Positions 20,264-33,300 of a stretch of DNA of 64,000 nucleotides are shown here, piece after piece. The stretch covers positions 2,624,001 through 2,688,000 of the forward strand of contig OY782781.1 in the NCBI GenBank assembly GCA_963678315.1. Reading direction: 5' to 3'. This stretch comes from Candidatus Cloacimonadales bacterium. GTDB lineage: Bacteria; Cloacimonadota; Cloacimonadia; Cloacimonadales; JAFGVF01. The translations under genes were made by a program, and so were the position numbers. Position 1 is the first letter of the stretch. Every line of letters begins with the position of its first letter. The notes below the pieces were generated by a model. That model saw only the letters and a list, made by a program, of their open reading frames with translations, did not search any database and had not been told where the DNA came from.

Positions 20264-20676
20264 CCTCTTTTTTTGATTTCATTTATTCTAATTAATTTTT
20301 CAACCAAGGAATCATTCAGAGCAGCATTGATTTTACTATTCATTGAATTTGATTCTTCAAGTATTGATAAATTTAAGGAGATTCTTTCTAAATCAACACT
20401 TGTCTCAGAAAAGTATGATAAGAATGTTTCATTTTCAAAAACAGACTCTTCACCAAAAATTTCTCCTTCAGATAAAGTCATTACTTCTTTTTTATCTTCT
20501 TCAAGACTAATTGTTACAAGCCCTTTTTTGATGATATAAACTGAGTCTTTTAATATTTCAATCCTACAATTAGAATTTACTTCAATTCTTTCAATATTGA
20601 AATTTAAGTCTTCAATTTCTTCTTTACTTAAGTATTTAAATAAATCTACACTATTCTTGCGTACATAAATATTCAT
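20257..20676 (-). CDS. Stand-alone cyclic-nucleotide-binding-like protein (degenerate)
   Basis: 'YIIKKGLV', 'EGEIFGEES'; lacks the conserved Arg. Confidence 0.7.
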   Translation of the reverse strand: MNIYVRKNSVDLFKYLSKEEIEDLNFNIERIEVNSNCRIEILKDSVYIIKKGLVTISLEEDKKEVMTLSEGEIFGEESVFENETFLSYFSETSVDLERISLNLSILEESNSMNSKINAALNDSLVEKLIRINEIKKRGC

Positions 20677-23600
20677 TAAAAATTCCTAATCTTCTTCAAT
20701 GTTATTAAGTTAAAAATAAGACAGAATACTATGATTACAGATTCTGCAAACTTCCTAGTAGAGTATTTATTATTGAAAACAATATAGTTTTTCGAAATGA
20801 AATGATTTTTTGAATCTTTCATAGACTTTACATGAGCAAAATCTACTAACATAGAATTGCTTTTATTAATATAATTATCATGAGGGTATAGTGACAAGAT
20901 TGCATTTTTCTGATCAGTCAGGTTACTTATTAAATCCAAATCACTTTGACCCTTTAGTTTATTATCAAGATCTTTTAGAACTCGAGATCGTTGATTATTG
21001 TTTACCGAATTTAAGGTGATATTTTCGAACAACCACTTAGTGGGTATTACTTCACAGAATTCAGGAACTTCTCTTTTAGAATTAATCTTTAAATTTTTAT
21101 TCATTGAACTAAATGGAATAATTGCTCCGCCAAAGATTATCATCGGAATTAAAGTCAAAGGTAGTACCATAAGTAAGCTCTTTCTCTCTTTTATTGTTGC
21201 TGAAGAAAATAAGCCAATACTAATACCACACAATCCTGAAAGATTCAATGTAGTAAAATATACCCAAAAATGACCCTTTATTTCCAGTATATAGGTTGTT
21301 ATAAATACATACAATAATGTTTGGATAATATTAAAAATCTCCAAAGTTGTTAGTTTTGCTACAAGATAGCTTAATGCAGATAGACCTACTTTTTTTTCTC
21401 TAACAATAATAAGCTTTTCCGGAAGTATTTCATATATAGATCCTGACAAGCCCAAAAAGATAAATATCAAGATTGATATAAAATTGAAATGAGGGATATT
21501 TCCATTATCCCAAAATGAGTAATTAGTCCCTGAACTATTCTTTAGCAGAACTGATGTGAATAGCCCTAATAGAAAAGGAACCACTGACAACATAATTATG
21601 TTTTGTATACTGGATAAACTATTATGTAGATCTCTAAAGAAGCAATACCAAAATTGAATTAACTTATCAACTAAGCTATGATTTTTATTTTTCTTTTCTT
21701 TAGAGAAAACATAAGAATCTTTGTTTTTATCCCCCTTAAATTGTTCCATCAAGACTTTAGATTCTCTCTTCTTTTTCCAATAGTTCCGAGGAAAAAGCCT
21801 TTCTGTATGCTTATCTTTTGAGCTATTTACAGTTTTATATTCTACAATATCAAAGAAATAATCTGGATTTTTTCTCTCTTTTTTTATTGTTAATTCTTTT
21901 TTATTTATAATTATTTGCTTTAATTCTTCATCAAAATAGTCAAATGCTTTTGATACATCACCAAAATAGACTACAACCCCTTGTTTATCTAAGAAAAGAA
22001 GTTTATCAAATTTACTAAACAATAATGAACTTGGTTGATGGATTGTAGTTAATATAATCTTTCCTGTAAACTTTAAATCACTTAGAATTGATAATAATTG
22101 TTCGGAATCTTTGGAAGATAAACCAGATGTTGGTTCATCAAGAATAAATATTGCAGGATCGAATAAAAGTTCAAGGGCAATATTTAATCTTTTTCTTTCC
22201 CCCCCACTTAGAACTTTCTTTTCTTCGTTACCAACAACTAGATTCTTTTTTTCTAGAAGACCCACCTTATTCAGTATAGAATCGATTTTATCAGCTAATA
22301 AAGGACCTTTCATTCTGCCAACAGACCTTATTTTTGCATAAAAAAACATATTTTGAAAGACTGTTAGATTATTAAATAGTAGATCACTTTGAGGAACATA
22401 TCCAATATTTTTAATTATATCTTTATATTTATCAATAAAGTCCATATCATCGACTTGGATATTCACTTCATCTGCAGATAATTCACCATTAAGTACTTTA
22501 AGTAAGGTAGTTTTTCCACTTCCACTTGGCCCCATTATTGCTGCTATTTCACCTTTATTCAATTTAAAAGAAACATCAGTTAAACCTAATATTTTATTAT
22601 TAAAATAATGTTTCACTTGCTTCACATTCAATGTTTCATACACTATCTCATGTTTTACTAGTTCTCCGCTTTTCAAAATTTTGTAGGATACATTCTTCCA
22701 AGTTAAGATATCTATACTGGAATTAATTTCTATCTGACCATTAACTTGTTTGTTGTTTACTAATATATTACTGTTATTTACGATTAAATTATATTTATCT
22801 CTATTTATTTCGAGTATAGCGATACTATTTTCATGTAAGACTTGTGAAGTTATTAATCCATTCATATACTCAACAATATGTAATTCATACTTTAAATTGC
22901 TTGATTGATCAGATTTATATAAATCAATTACAGGATTTTTATTTTTAGCCCCAATATAACCATCTAAATAAAGTTTTCGGATTCTCTTTATCTTATTCCT
23001 ACTTCTTCTTTTGTTAGGTAAGCATAATGTAAAATGGTTTTCCTCTTGAAATATTAGTTCATTTTCACTGTAACTAGATATAAGCTGAGAAGTATCAAGA
23101 ACTTTATTTTGAAACATTTTTGTTAAAAGACTCTTTGTCAAAATGATGTTATTAAGTTCAGGGAAAGCCCTATCTTCAACAAACTTTGCTATGATAATTT
23201 GAGTATTGTTGACCTTTGTAAGAGAAACAATATAATCTTCATATAATTTATGAAAGATTATTTTACAACTTTTAGAGCTTATATCGACATCTCCATTTTC
23301 ATTCGAAAACAAGAGACTACTATTGAAACTAATGTCAAAAACATCATCCCAGAAACCATTATGGTCTAAGATAAAACTTGCTTTCTTACCACAAAAGAAA
23401 TCAATTAAGTCATCAAATAAATTAACATTAATTCTAAGTAAATCTAACACTTTTATCATCTCAATAGAACCAATATTGTAGGTATGAATTTTATATCTAA
23501 CCACAAATTGAAACACTTTAAGCATCAATAGTATCTTATCTGCATTGTTTAAATGGTCGTTTAAAAAGTTTGCTGAATAGCGTGTAGGATATGGTTCTCT

Positions 23601-23777
23601 AGCAAGTTCAGAAATCACTTTAGGGTCGATTGAATTAATCTTTAAATCAACAATTATAGAACTTAAAAACTCAATCTTGTCTATATTATCATCGACATTA
23701 TTACCACTTAAAAAAAAGAGTGATATAATTGATTTTAGAATAGCTTTATCTATCTCCATTGAACCTTTCCAAAACAT
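20676..23777 (-). CDS. ABCG-like fused ABC exporter (long N-terminal extension + NBD + ABC2 membrane domain)
   Basis: 'GPSGSGKTT', 'LSGGERKR', 'LDEPTSGL', 'TIHQPS'; C-terminal TM bundle. Confidence 0.88.
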   Translation of the reverse strand: MFWKGSMEIDKAILKSIISLFFLSGNNVDDNIDKIEFLSSIIVDLKINSIDPKVISELAREPYPTRYSANFLNDHLNNADKILLMLKVFQFVVRYKIHTYNIGSIEMIKVLDLLRINVNLFDDLIDFFCGKKASFILDHNGFWDDVFDISFNSSLLFSNENGDVDISSKSCKIIFHKLYEDYIVSLTKVNNTQIIIAKFVEDRAFPELNNIILTKSLLTKMFQNKVLDTSQLISSYSENELIFQEENHFTLCLPNKRRSRNKIKRIRKLYLDGYIGAKNKNPVIDLYKSDQSSNLKYELHIVEYMNGLITSQVLHENSIAILEINRDKYNLIVNNSNILVNNKQVNGQIEINSSIDILTWKNVSYKILKSGELVKHEIVYETLNVKQVKHYFNNKILGLTDVSFKLNKGEIAAIMGPSGSGKTTLLKVLNGELSADEVNIQVDDMDFIDKYKDIIKNIGYVPQSDLLFNNLTVFQNMFFYAKIRSVGRMKGPLLADKIDSILNKVGLLEKKNLVVGNEEKKVLSGGERKRLNIALELLFDPAIFILDEPTSGLSSKDSEQLLSILSDLKFTGKIILTTIHQPSSLLFSKFDKLLFLDKQGVVVYFGDVSKAFDYFDEELKQIIINKKELTIKKERKNPDYFFDIVEYKTVNSSKDKHTERLFPRNYWKKKRESKVLMEQFKGDKNKDSYVFSKEKKNKNHSLVDKLIQFWYCFFRDLHNSLSSIQNIIMLSVVPFLLGLFTSVLLKNSSGTNYSFWDNGNIPHFNFISILIFIFLGLSGSIYEILPEKLIIVREKKVGLSALSYLVAKLTTLEIFNIIQTLLYVFITTYILEIKGHFWVYFTTLNLSGLCGISIGLFSSATIKERKSLLMVLPLTLIPMIIFGGAIIPFSSMNKNLKINSKREVPEFCEVIPTKWLFENITLNSVNNNQRSRVLKDLDNKLKGQSDLDLISNLTDQKNAILSLYPHDNYINKSNSMLVDFAHVKSMKDSKNHFISKNYIVFNNKYSTRKFAESVIIVFCLIFNLITLKKIRNF

Positions 23778-23805
23778 TTCTTAACCTCAAGTTATTATTT
23801 AATCA

Positions 23806-23834
23806 AGAATAGTGAATCAAATGTGTCTAGTCAA
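23806..23834 (-). promoter_or_regulatory. Putative sigma70 promoter of ABC-cNMP-cyclase operon
   Basis: TTGACT-17 nt-TATTCT on minus strand, about 30 nt before the start codon. Confidence 0.5.
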
Positions 23835-24302
23835 GAAATAATATTACGGTGCACTAATTTAGCGTGGTGCAGAAATTTCTGGATACTTTAGCAGTCTTCT
23901 ATACTAAAGGATATTAGGAAAATAGTACTTATTACAAGTTTTTCTTCTTTCAACTGTATAAAAAGTCTATCGTCACAATTATAGTAACATCTGGAGGGTG
24001 TTTTTTAAGTCTAGTTTTTGATTCATTTTTGACTTATTTTACTCCTTCAGTCTTTTCTTACCTTTTAACCCATTTGATGCTAAATATTTAGTAAAATCTT
24101 TCTATATATCAATTATAAAGCATGATCTCGGATCATGATATATTCCTACTTTCTCATTATTTGCTAAGGACTTGCTTACTTTAGCCTTTAAGAAATCGCA
24201 ACTTTTCTTATAGGTTATAGTAAGTGACACATAGTAATCCCTTGGGCCTATTGTCAAAACTCCACTTATAGCCCAACATCCTAGGTAACATTCTAAACAA
24301 GC

Positions 24303-24334
24303 AAAAAGAGAGTGAAATAAACTTCACTCTCTTT
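24303..24334 (-). terminator. Rho-independent terminator of giant gene
   Basis: aaagagagtgaa/ttcactctcttt stem followed by T-run on minus strand, about 20 nt past stop. Confidence 0.8.
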
Positions 24335-24352
24335 AGATTATTTTCCTGTAAG

Positions 24353-27300
24353 CTATTTTAACTTTTTCTTTACTACTAATCCATTCCTGGTCATGTACCT
24401 ATGAGTTCGGATAAACTCATCTAGAGACTCTCTTGCTCCAGAAGAGAAGGCAATAACAAAGTAGAATCTAGTTTTATCAACATCAAGTGGATTTGAATCA
24501 ATCCAATTGGTAGTTAAAACATTTGCTTTATATTCATAGATTCCTGATGGATCATCACAACAGTAGACAAGATAGTTAGGATTAACTACACTGTCTCCAT
24601 TTATATCTTCACTAACTGGATCCCATGATATTGAAGGATTTCCATTTTCAAATGATATTTGCATATTATTTGGAGCTTCTAGAGGTATAGATTGGTTAAC
24701 AGTGAAACCTTCTCTAAAGAGCACATCGGTAATTAGACCTGTTTCCATAGTTAGTGTAACAGTATAAATACCAACATTATTATATGTGTGATAAGGATTT
24801 CTTTCATGACTGATAGTGCCATCTCCAAAGTCCCATGTTACAGAAGTTTCTTGTAAATCATGACCTTCTGATAAGTTTGTAAATCCAATACTCTCACCAA
24901 CTGTGGTGAACCTTCTATCAGAATTATATTCTGCTAAGTGATGATAATAATTCATACCAATATCAGCGATGGAATCATCATTATCATATGGATTATTTGG
25001 ATTACCCGCATCTATACAAGGAGAATAAACAGTTAACATATAACTATCAGGAATACTAGTATCAAACATTGGATCTGAGTTGATATTTCCTAAACCTTGA
25101 GCAATACCTGATTCCATTGAGATATCATTATATTCAAATGAAGTACTAAGGTTAGTTCCTGAACTTAGGTTATTGTTAGATAACGAAGAGTTCCAGATAA
25201 TGTTCTGACTTAGATTAATAACTGAATCTTCACCATAAACAATATTATTATAACCAAGAATATTGTTATTCATTATATCGATACCACTTATTGCTGTAGT
25301 ATTAAAACATGGTCCATTCATGTTACTTGTATTTTCTATATGGTTATTATGTATTGATGGAGTACATCCTGAAGCAGAAAGAGAGAATGCTGTATAGTTT
25401 CCTATAATTGAGTTATTATAAATATCTGATGTATTAACTGAGTTAACCATTAGACCAGTATTAAATCCTTCAATTGTACAATCTCTAACTAGGGCGTTTA
25501 CTCCTTCTGTTAGATATATACCTGTACCAGTATTTTCTCTTGTATTTGTTGTATGCCTAACTCTTACGTTAGTTAGAACTGGAGCTATTTCTTCATCTGA
25601 ATAGATTTCTATACCGTTTGTTACATCTACAATATCACTATTCTCAATATATAATTTCATTTTTCCATGTAACTCTATACCTACGAAGTTTGACGGGTAA
25701 TCACCTGTTGTTAAAGAGATGTTTGCTTTTCTTAAATAAGATATATACACATCACTAGAGTTAGTGTTTTCATAATAAATACCTTTTTCGCAGTCTTTAA
25801 CATTTAAAGTATCAATAGTCGCTTTGATTTTACCAATCATTTTGACACCATAACTACCATATTGTCTTGTATTAGTAGTATGTCTTACTCTAACATTAGT
25901 TAATACTGGTGCTATTTCTTCATCTGAATAAATGTTTATACCATCATTCATATTAACAACTTCAAGATTACTAACTTCTAAATCCATTTTACCAATAAAC
26001 TTAAATCCTGCTGACTCTTCAAAAACAAGATTGTGATCTTTCTCAATCACCACATTTTTGAAATGTTGTAAAGGTTTAATATTACCTTCACTATTGTCAC
26101 AGAATATACCATATTTATAGTTTTCAACGTGTAGAGAATCAACTATAACCTTTTGGTTTGGACTAAGTTTAACAGCAGTGTTTCCAAGCTCTCTTGTATT
26201 AGTTGTGTGGCGAATTCTTACATTTGTTAAAACAGGAACAACATCATCTTCTGTGCCAAGAATTATTGGATCAGCATAATCATCAACATACAGTCCTGTA
26301 AAATGAGGAGCACTTCTACCTAAGATTTTAACAGCATAGCTGTCTAATGGTCGAGTATTAGTAGTATGACGAACTCTTACATTTGTTAATACTGGTGCTG
26401 AATCTACATCACCTTTTATAATAATTCCTTGATCAAAACCTTCTACCAATAAATCTGAAATATTGATATTAGATTTCTCTAACTTGACAGCAAAAGATTC
26501 TACAGGTCGGGTATTAGTAGTATGACGAACTCTTACATTTGTCATAATAGGAATTTCATCAGATGAGTCACCTCTAATATCCATTGCACTTCCGTAACCA
26601 CTTATATCTATATCATCAATAACAGCTTGAGAATTACCGTAAAGCTTAATTGCAGGTAATAACGAGCCAGATCCTTCAATAGTTATATGTTCTAAGGTTG
26701 GAGAAGAATTTGTTATCTCAAATACTTTTTCTGCATTTTTTATAGTACAATTTGATAAATGAGATTGAGTATCTGAAGAGAGGAATTTAAATCCTTGCCA
26801 TTTTGTAACTTCTCTACTTTCATCATATACATCAAATGTTACACCATCTGCTACCAAAGAACCACTAACTAAGAAATTAGTATCTTCTAAGAAGTTAATC
26901 ACAACTCCAGATTCTATTTCTAGATTATTGGTTATTGAGACCTCTCCGTAAACATTGTAAGGAGAGTTTATTAGTTCCCAAGAACCTGCATATTCAGCTC
27001 CAGGAATACCTGTTCCTTCAACACTAATATAATCATCAATTGTTTCAAAGCCACTATCAACTACGACATCGTTTTCATCAATATATTTAACAGTTAAAGA
27101 TACTGAATAAACACCACTGAAATTATAAATATAAGTAGGATGTTGTTCATAACTATCAATAAAACCATCATTTTCAAAATCCCATTCCCAATAATTATGA
27201 TTACCTACAGTTAGATCAGTAAATTGTATTTCTTGACCACCAAGAATATCTATTAAATCAGCTTCAAATTGGACATTATAGCTATCTATAACTTGGATAT

Positions 27301-30300
27301 CCAGTTCAGTCGATGCAAGCAATCTACCCGTTCCATCACTAACTGAGATAGTGATAGTTTCTCTTCCAACCCAGTCAGACGGAGCTTCTAACTCCGCTTC
27401 CAAACCAGTAATTTGACTACTTATATGTTGATTACCAGCTATAGTTATGGTAAGTAAAGATAATCCTTGTTCAGGATCGTAAACATGATTTGATAGATCA
27501 ATAACACTAGTCGTATTTTGTAACAAGGTTATTTCTTCTGGTAAATCAAAAATAACAGGTGCATCAGAAACTGCGTTTACTGTAACCTGTATTGTATCTT
27601 GTGCAATACCTTGGTGATTATCGTTTGCAATTATTATTAAGTCTGCAATTCCAAACCAGTCTTCGTCAGGAACTATGCGGAGATTTCCGTTATTATTACT
27701 TACACTGAGATTATTGTTGGTATAGAAACTATATGCAAGATTATCTCCATCTTCATCAGTGAACCAATCATTCAGAACTAATGTTTCATTAATAGTATCT
27801 TCATTAAAAGCAATATCTGGCATAGCTGCCACTAGCTCAGGAATACTATTATCAACTGTAACATAGTTTTCTCTGATAAGCTCATGAGAAATGCCATTCT
27901 CATTGATAACTTTTAATCTAATACTATATGTTCCTCTTTGGTTATAAACATGCGTTACATCTTCTTCAAAACTATCCACTTCTCCATCATTTTCGAAATC
28001 CCATTCGTAAGAAATTATTTCCGTACCATCTGATGTTTGAGATAGATTATTGAAGGCAACTTCAAGTCCTGTATAGCCTGTTAATGGGCTTCCACTAAAG
28101 TTAGCAGTCACTAATCTTTCAAGAACTACCATGTTAAGGCTAATAACTTTATTAGAAAGTTCTGGATCGTTAGTTTTAATTACTAGATTATTATTGTATA
28201 TACCCTGGTTAGTATCAAAACTATTTATGTCGAGTGTTATAGTTTGACTATCTCCTGCCTGTATTGTGCTATTATAATTTCCACAACTTAACCAACTTGT
28301 ATCATCAATAGTTATTGATTGAATAATCAAATCACTACCCCCTGTATTTGATACAACAAAACTTGTCTCTGTTGTTTCGAAACGAGGTATAGATATACTG
28401 ATATTTACAGAAGATGTTTCGATTTCAGGAGCAATGGTTGAGATTCCATGTAATGAAACTTCTTTGACTGGAGTTTCTGGATCATTTGTCTCAATTTCTA
28501 ATACCGCATTCAAAATCCCTGCTTCTTGAGGGTTATATGTCAGCATAATTGATTCATTTGCACCATTCAATACTAATTCTGGGTATGAATCAATGCTTAC
28601 ATAATCAGAATTTACTGTAATATTTGTTATTTCTAACGGAGTAAATCCATCATTTGTAAGCTGAATATTTTTACTTCTAGGATAACCAATATATGTGCTA
28701 AAGAAATCTAGACTATTTGCAATTACTATACTTGGAGTATCAGTAAGAATAGAGAAATTAACTGAAGCTTCATCTTGTTTTATTGAAGTTTCAAAATCAT
28801 AGATTTCAGTTAGTACAGTATAATCACCTATAGCTAATGTTTCAGGAATTGGTATTTCATAATTATTAACAAGAGGACTATTCGATGATAACTCATGTAA
28901 GTTACTAATTTGTGAAACTACATTTCCTTCTACATCCATAATTTTTATTGTTTCAGTTACTTCCTGATTATATACTCTACTTGTCAAGCTTGTACTTAAG
29001 CTAATGGTTTCTGATGGATAGTAGCTTGAGCTGTCAAGACTAAGATTACTAATTGCTGCATTGTAAGGTATTTGATTCAATTCAAGTTGTCCCCAATTAA
29101 TCCTTGAAGTACCACTTGAAGTATTATTTACATCTAATTCAATTTGTATATTGTTTGATACATTTTCTCCTAGATTAATAATATCTGAATCAACCATAAA
29201 TTCAGTAATTGTATTTCTATTGGAAGCCCCAATAAGATTACCCACATAATTACCATTTAGGAATACATAATCAACTTCATTACTATCTATATCATAAGCA
29301 CTTATCCTTAATTTTGCATAGTTTACTTCTGATTCATTTGTATAAATAATAAACTCAACAGGAGCATTTACATCATTTGAACTAATATCTTGATTGAGGT
29401 CATTATCAGGGTTTGCTACAAAACCATTTCCAGCATTGTCAGAATCAGTGAAATTCCAATTTGAATGATTCAAGGTTGCATGTATTGTAACAACTTCATT
29501 ATCTGGGTCATTGCTATTTACAACTATATTCTCATACAAACTTCCATAGTCCAATTCTCTTGTGTCAATTGTTACTGTAATTAGTTGACTTTCACCAGGG
29601 CTCACGTTTGCAGTAACAGGATTAAAACTCAACCACGGAATATTAAGTGTTGCTTGACTAAATGAATAAGATAACTCTGCATTACCAGTGTTCTGAACAA
29701 CAAAATCATCATAGTTCAATGTATTATCAAGGATAGACCAATATAAATAACTCTTGTTAACATTTATTATTGGAACATTTAAACCTTGTCCATATAGACT
29801 AATATTCTCACTTGTGCTATTTGTTGCATTACTTGTTATTGCAATATTTGCAGTAATTTCTCCAGCTATTGAAGGCTGATAAGTAACATTAACATTAGCA
29901 TAAGATCCAGGTTGAATATTTAAAGTATGCTCAGGACTTGCATTTGTGCTAGAAACAAAATCTGGATGATCTATTTCAATTCCATTTATTCTGAGAATAC
30001 CAGTTCCTTGATTATATATTTTGAAATCTTTGATTAGGTTATCACCAATATTTACATCTCCAAAATTAAGACTAGTTTCTGATAAAGCTATTTCAGCTTC
30101 AGCAACAATAGCCTGTCCTTCCAGATTCACATTGATTTGACGATTATTAATATCATTACTATTTACCGTTAGAACTCCTTCTTTACTACCACTAGATGTT
30201 GGTGTAAAGGCAATTGAGAATGTTTTTTCATTCCCTGCTTGAATATTACTTGAAGAAGGATAAACAGTAAACTCTTCATTATCTATCATAATGGAAGAAA

Positions 30301-33300
30301 TTTGTAAAACGGAACTACCATTATTGCTAATAGTTAATGTTTCCACACTTGAGTTACCGATTAAAGTAGGACTATACTCGATTGTTCTGTTTTCTATTGA
30401 AATTGCAGGAGAACCAGTTACAATTAATTGAACTGGTATTACTTTTGTAGATTCTAATGAATTGTTATCAATCACTATATTCGCATTATAAGTACCAGCA
30501 TATAATTGTTCAGCTGAAATATTTATGTTTATAGTTTCACTAGTACCACTAGCTAACTCTCCTTCAGTTTGATCAATATTTATCCAAGTACTAGTGTTAA
30601 CATTATTTCTAGCTGTATTCAAGGATTGCCTAATCTCAGAATTAACAGAGATATTGTAATCAAGCATCCTATCACCAACATTTGAAATAGTTAAGTATTT
30701 AATCTCACTCTCACCAAAAGTTAATGATGAAGTTAAATTCTCTTCAGACAAACTAATTATAGGAGGATTATATCCGATTCCAGTTAAAGAAACTTCATAA
30801 TTTCCAGCATTGGTTTGAATATGCATAATAGAATTAAAATCACTATTACTTGATGGTGTAAAGCTAACATCTATGTTGTCAGATGAACTTGAGCTTATTA
30901 CAAGAGATGTTGTAGTTGAAGTAAACTCATCAACATCACCACTAAAGAATACATTTTCAATATTTAATTGGTCATCACCACTATTCTCAACATTAACTTG
31001 GTATTCAACTGTTTCATTAACAGCTACTTCTCCAAAGTTATGATTTTCATCTGAAACTTGAGCAACAGCTTGACCAGTTACATTCATTGAAGCATTGATT
31101 AAAGATATTGGATTTTGAGGATCGTTAGTTAATACTGAAATAGTACCGCTATATTCTCCACCAAATATATTATTGGCATCCATGGTAATATCAACATCGA
31201 CAAAATCTCCAGCTTGAAGAGAAGCTGAAACTACATTAGTTGATAACCAAATGCCATCATCAACCTTAACCAATGGACCATTCAAATCTGATATCCAAAA
31301 ATCTTTACCATCGTTTGTGAATGAATAAATTATTGAAGTATCATAATATTCCTTTTCTTGAATAACCAGTATTGAATGATTGGCTAAACTAAGTTGTACT
31401 ATATTACCACTAGTATAACTAGAGTTTTCAAGAGTGTTTCTGATGCCCCATAGCTCTTTACCTGAATATTGCTCTACCCAAACCAATTGACTTACACAGT
31501 CGCCAATTGCAGCACTGTATGTGTCAATTATAGATCCACTATGGTCTATTCTATAAATAGTTGTATAATAATCATCACTGAAGGATTTAGTTACAATAAA
31601 GTAATTACCATCAAATGTGATCGCTGGAGAATAATTGAATGGGCATGTAAAACTTCCAATTGGAAGATTTGCCTCACTATTTAAACTTTCAATATTATAT
31701 CCAAAAACATTTCCTGATTGACTACCAACCCAGAAATAATCACCATCATAAGCAATACCATAAGGCTGTGTATGAATTGGGTAGCTTTGAACTATTGAAG
31801 AATTTTCAACATCATATTTTATTAAAGTACCAGCCTCAGCGCCATTTGTAACTACAACAAATAAATATCCATTTAACCAATATATTCCAGAATTAAAATT
31901 TGGTATTCCAGTAAATGAATCATTGTAATCACCAATAAACCTACTATTATCATAATCATTAACTAATTCATCAATTGGTAAAGATACATAATTTTGAGAC
32001 AGATCTGCGTAAAAACCTAGTGGAGCACGTTCTATACAATCACTGTATTCTCCCGACAAATCTCTAATATTACTTGAAGTTTCATTTAGGTAAATGCTGA
32101 AATCTAAGTTTGAATTTCCATTATTATTAATCCTGAATGTTGAGTTGCCTTCAGAGTTTGTATTCAATTGTAGTGATAAATCTGAATTTGAGATACTTAC
32201 TTCAGGTTCACCTATTGAAACTGCATTCAACTCAATTATAGAAATTGGATTATTAATATCATTTGAGTAAATTTGCAAGTTTGAATCATAATCTTGTGAA
32301 CTCAATGGTGCAAAAGCTACTTGAATTTGACATGTAGAGTGTGGTTGAACAACAAATGAAGTTTCATCAACACTAAAGTCAGAATTATCAATAGAAATAT
32401 TATCTACAATTAAGCTTGATGAACCATTATTTCCAATTGTTACGGTACGTGTATCTATTTGTCCATTAAAAATTGTACCAAAATCGATTATATTAGTTTC
32501 AACAACTATTTCAGCTTCACCTGTAACACTTAATTCTATCGGAATAATCTCTCTTGGATTATTAACATCATTACTGTCAATAATTAGCTTTGCTTGATAA
32601 TTACCTGCTAAGAGATTTCTACTGTTAAATGTAAGATTAACATTTGTATTAGAACCATTTGAAACTGTTCCAGAACTTGGATTTACAGAAATCCAATTGA
32701 ACTCTTCAATTCCATCATCTATTCTATATAGTTTCGAACTTAAACTACTATCATCTGAAATCCATAGATCTTTTCCATTATGTGCTAAAGCATAGGAAGC
32801 ACTATCGAAATAATCATATTCTAACTCACCAGTACAATCCAATGTTGAAGAATTAAACTGTCTTATTATTTGGTCTTGATAATCTAGTGCCCACAACTCA
32901 CAATCTTGGTGATCAGCAACCCAGACTATTTGATTCATTCTTCCATTAAAATATGTTGATTGACTATCAATAATTTCTCCAGAAATAGAAACATAATATA
33001 TTTGAGGATTAACCAACTGAGATGGAACAATTAATAAATTATCTCCATTAAAGGTTATGGCTGGATTATTAAATAATGGATTATTGAATTGATCTAAAAG
33101 ACCAAACGAGTTATCATAACAATAAACAGTTCCACTTGATGAGCCTATCCAGAAATTACTTCCATCATAAGTAATACCAAATGGAGTAGTATGTATTGGA
33201 TATTGGGAAACTAATGTCTCTGTATCAATATCATACTTATATACTTTAGCTTGAGAATAACTAACAATATAGAGGTAGCCATCTACCCAAACCATACCTT

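Noticed and set aside
14124..20676. Pycsar/CBASS-type defence system
   Set aside because: Cyclase residues suggest ATP specificity; cNMP proteins lack TIR/TM effector domains; context is Sia-type signalling. Not excluded experimentally
20676..23777. Type I secretion ABC for the giant protein
   Set aside because: Topology is ABCG-like rather than HlyB-like, no membrane-fusion or TolC gene nearby, and the giant protein has a Sec signal
23840..24300. Pseudogene or ncRNA in the gap between giant gene and ABC gene
   Set aside because: Only short palindromes (e.g. 24121-24137) and a very short ORF; partial likeness of 24064-24080 to the 27-bp repeat is too weak to call
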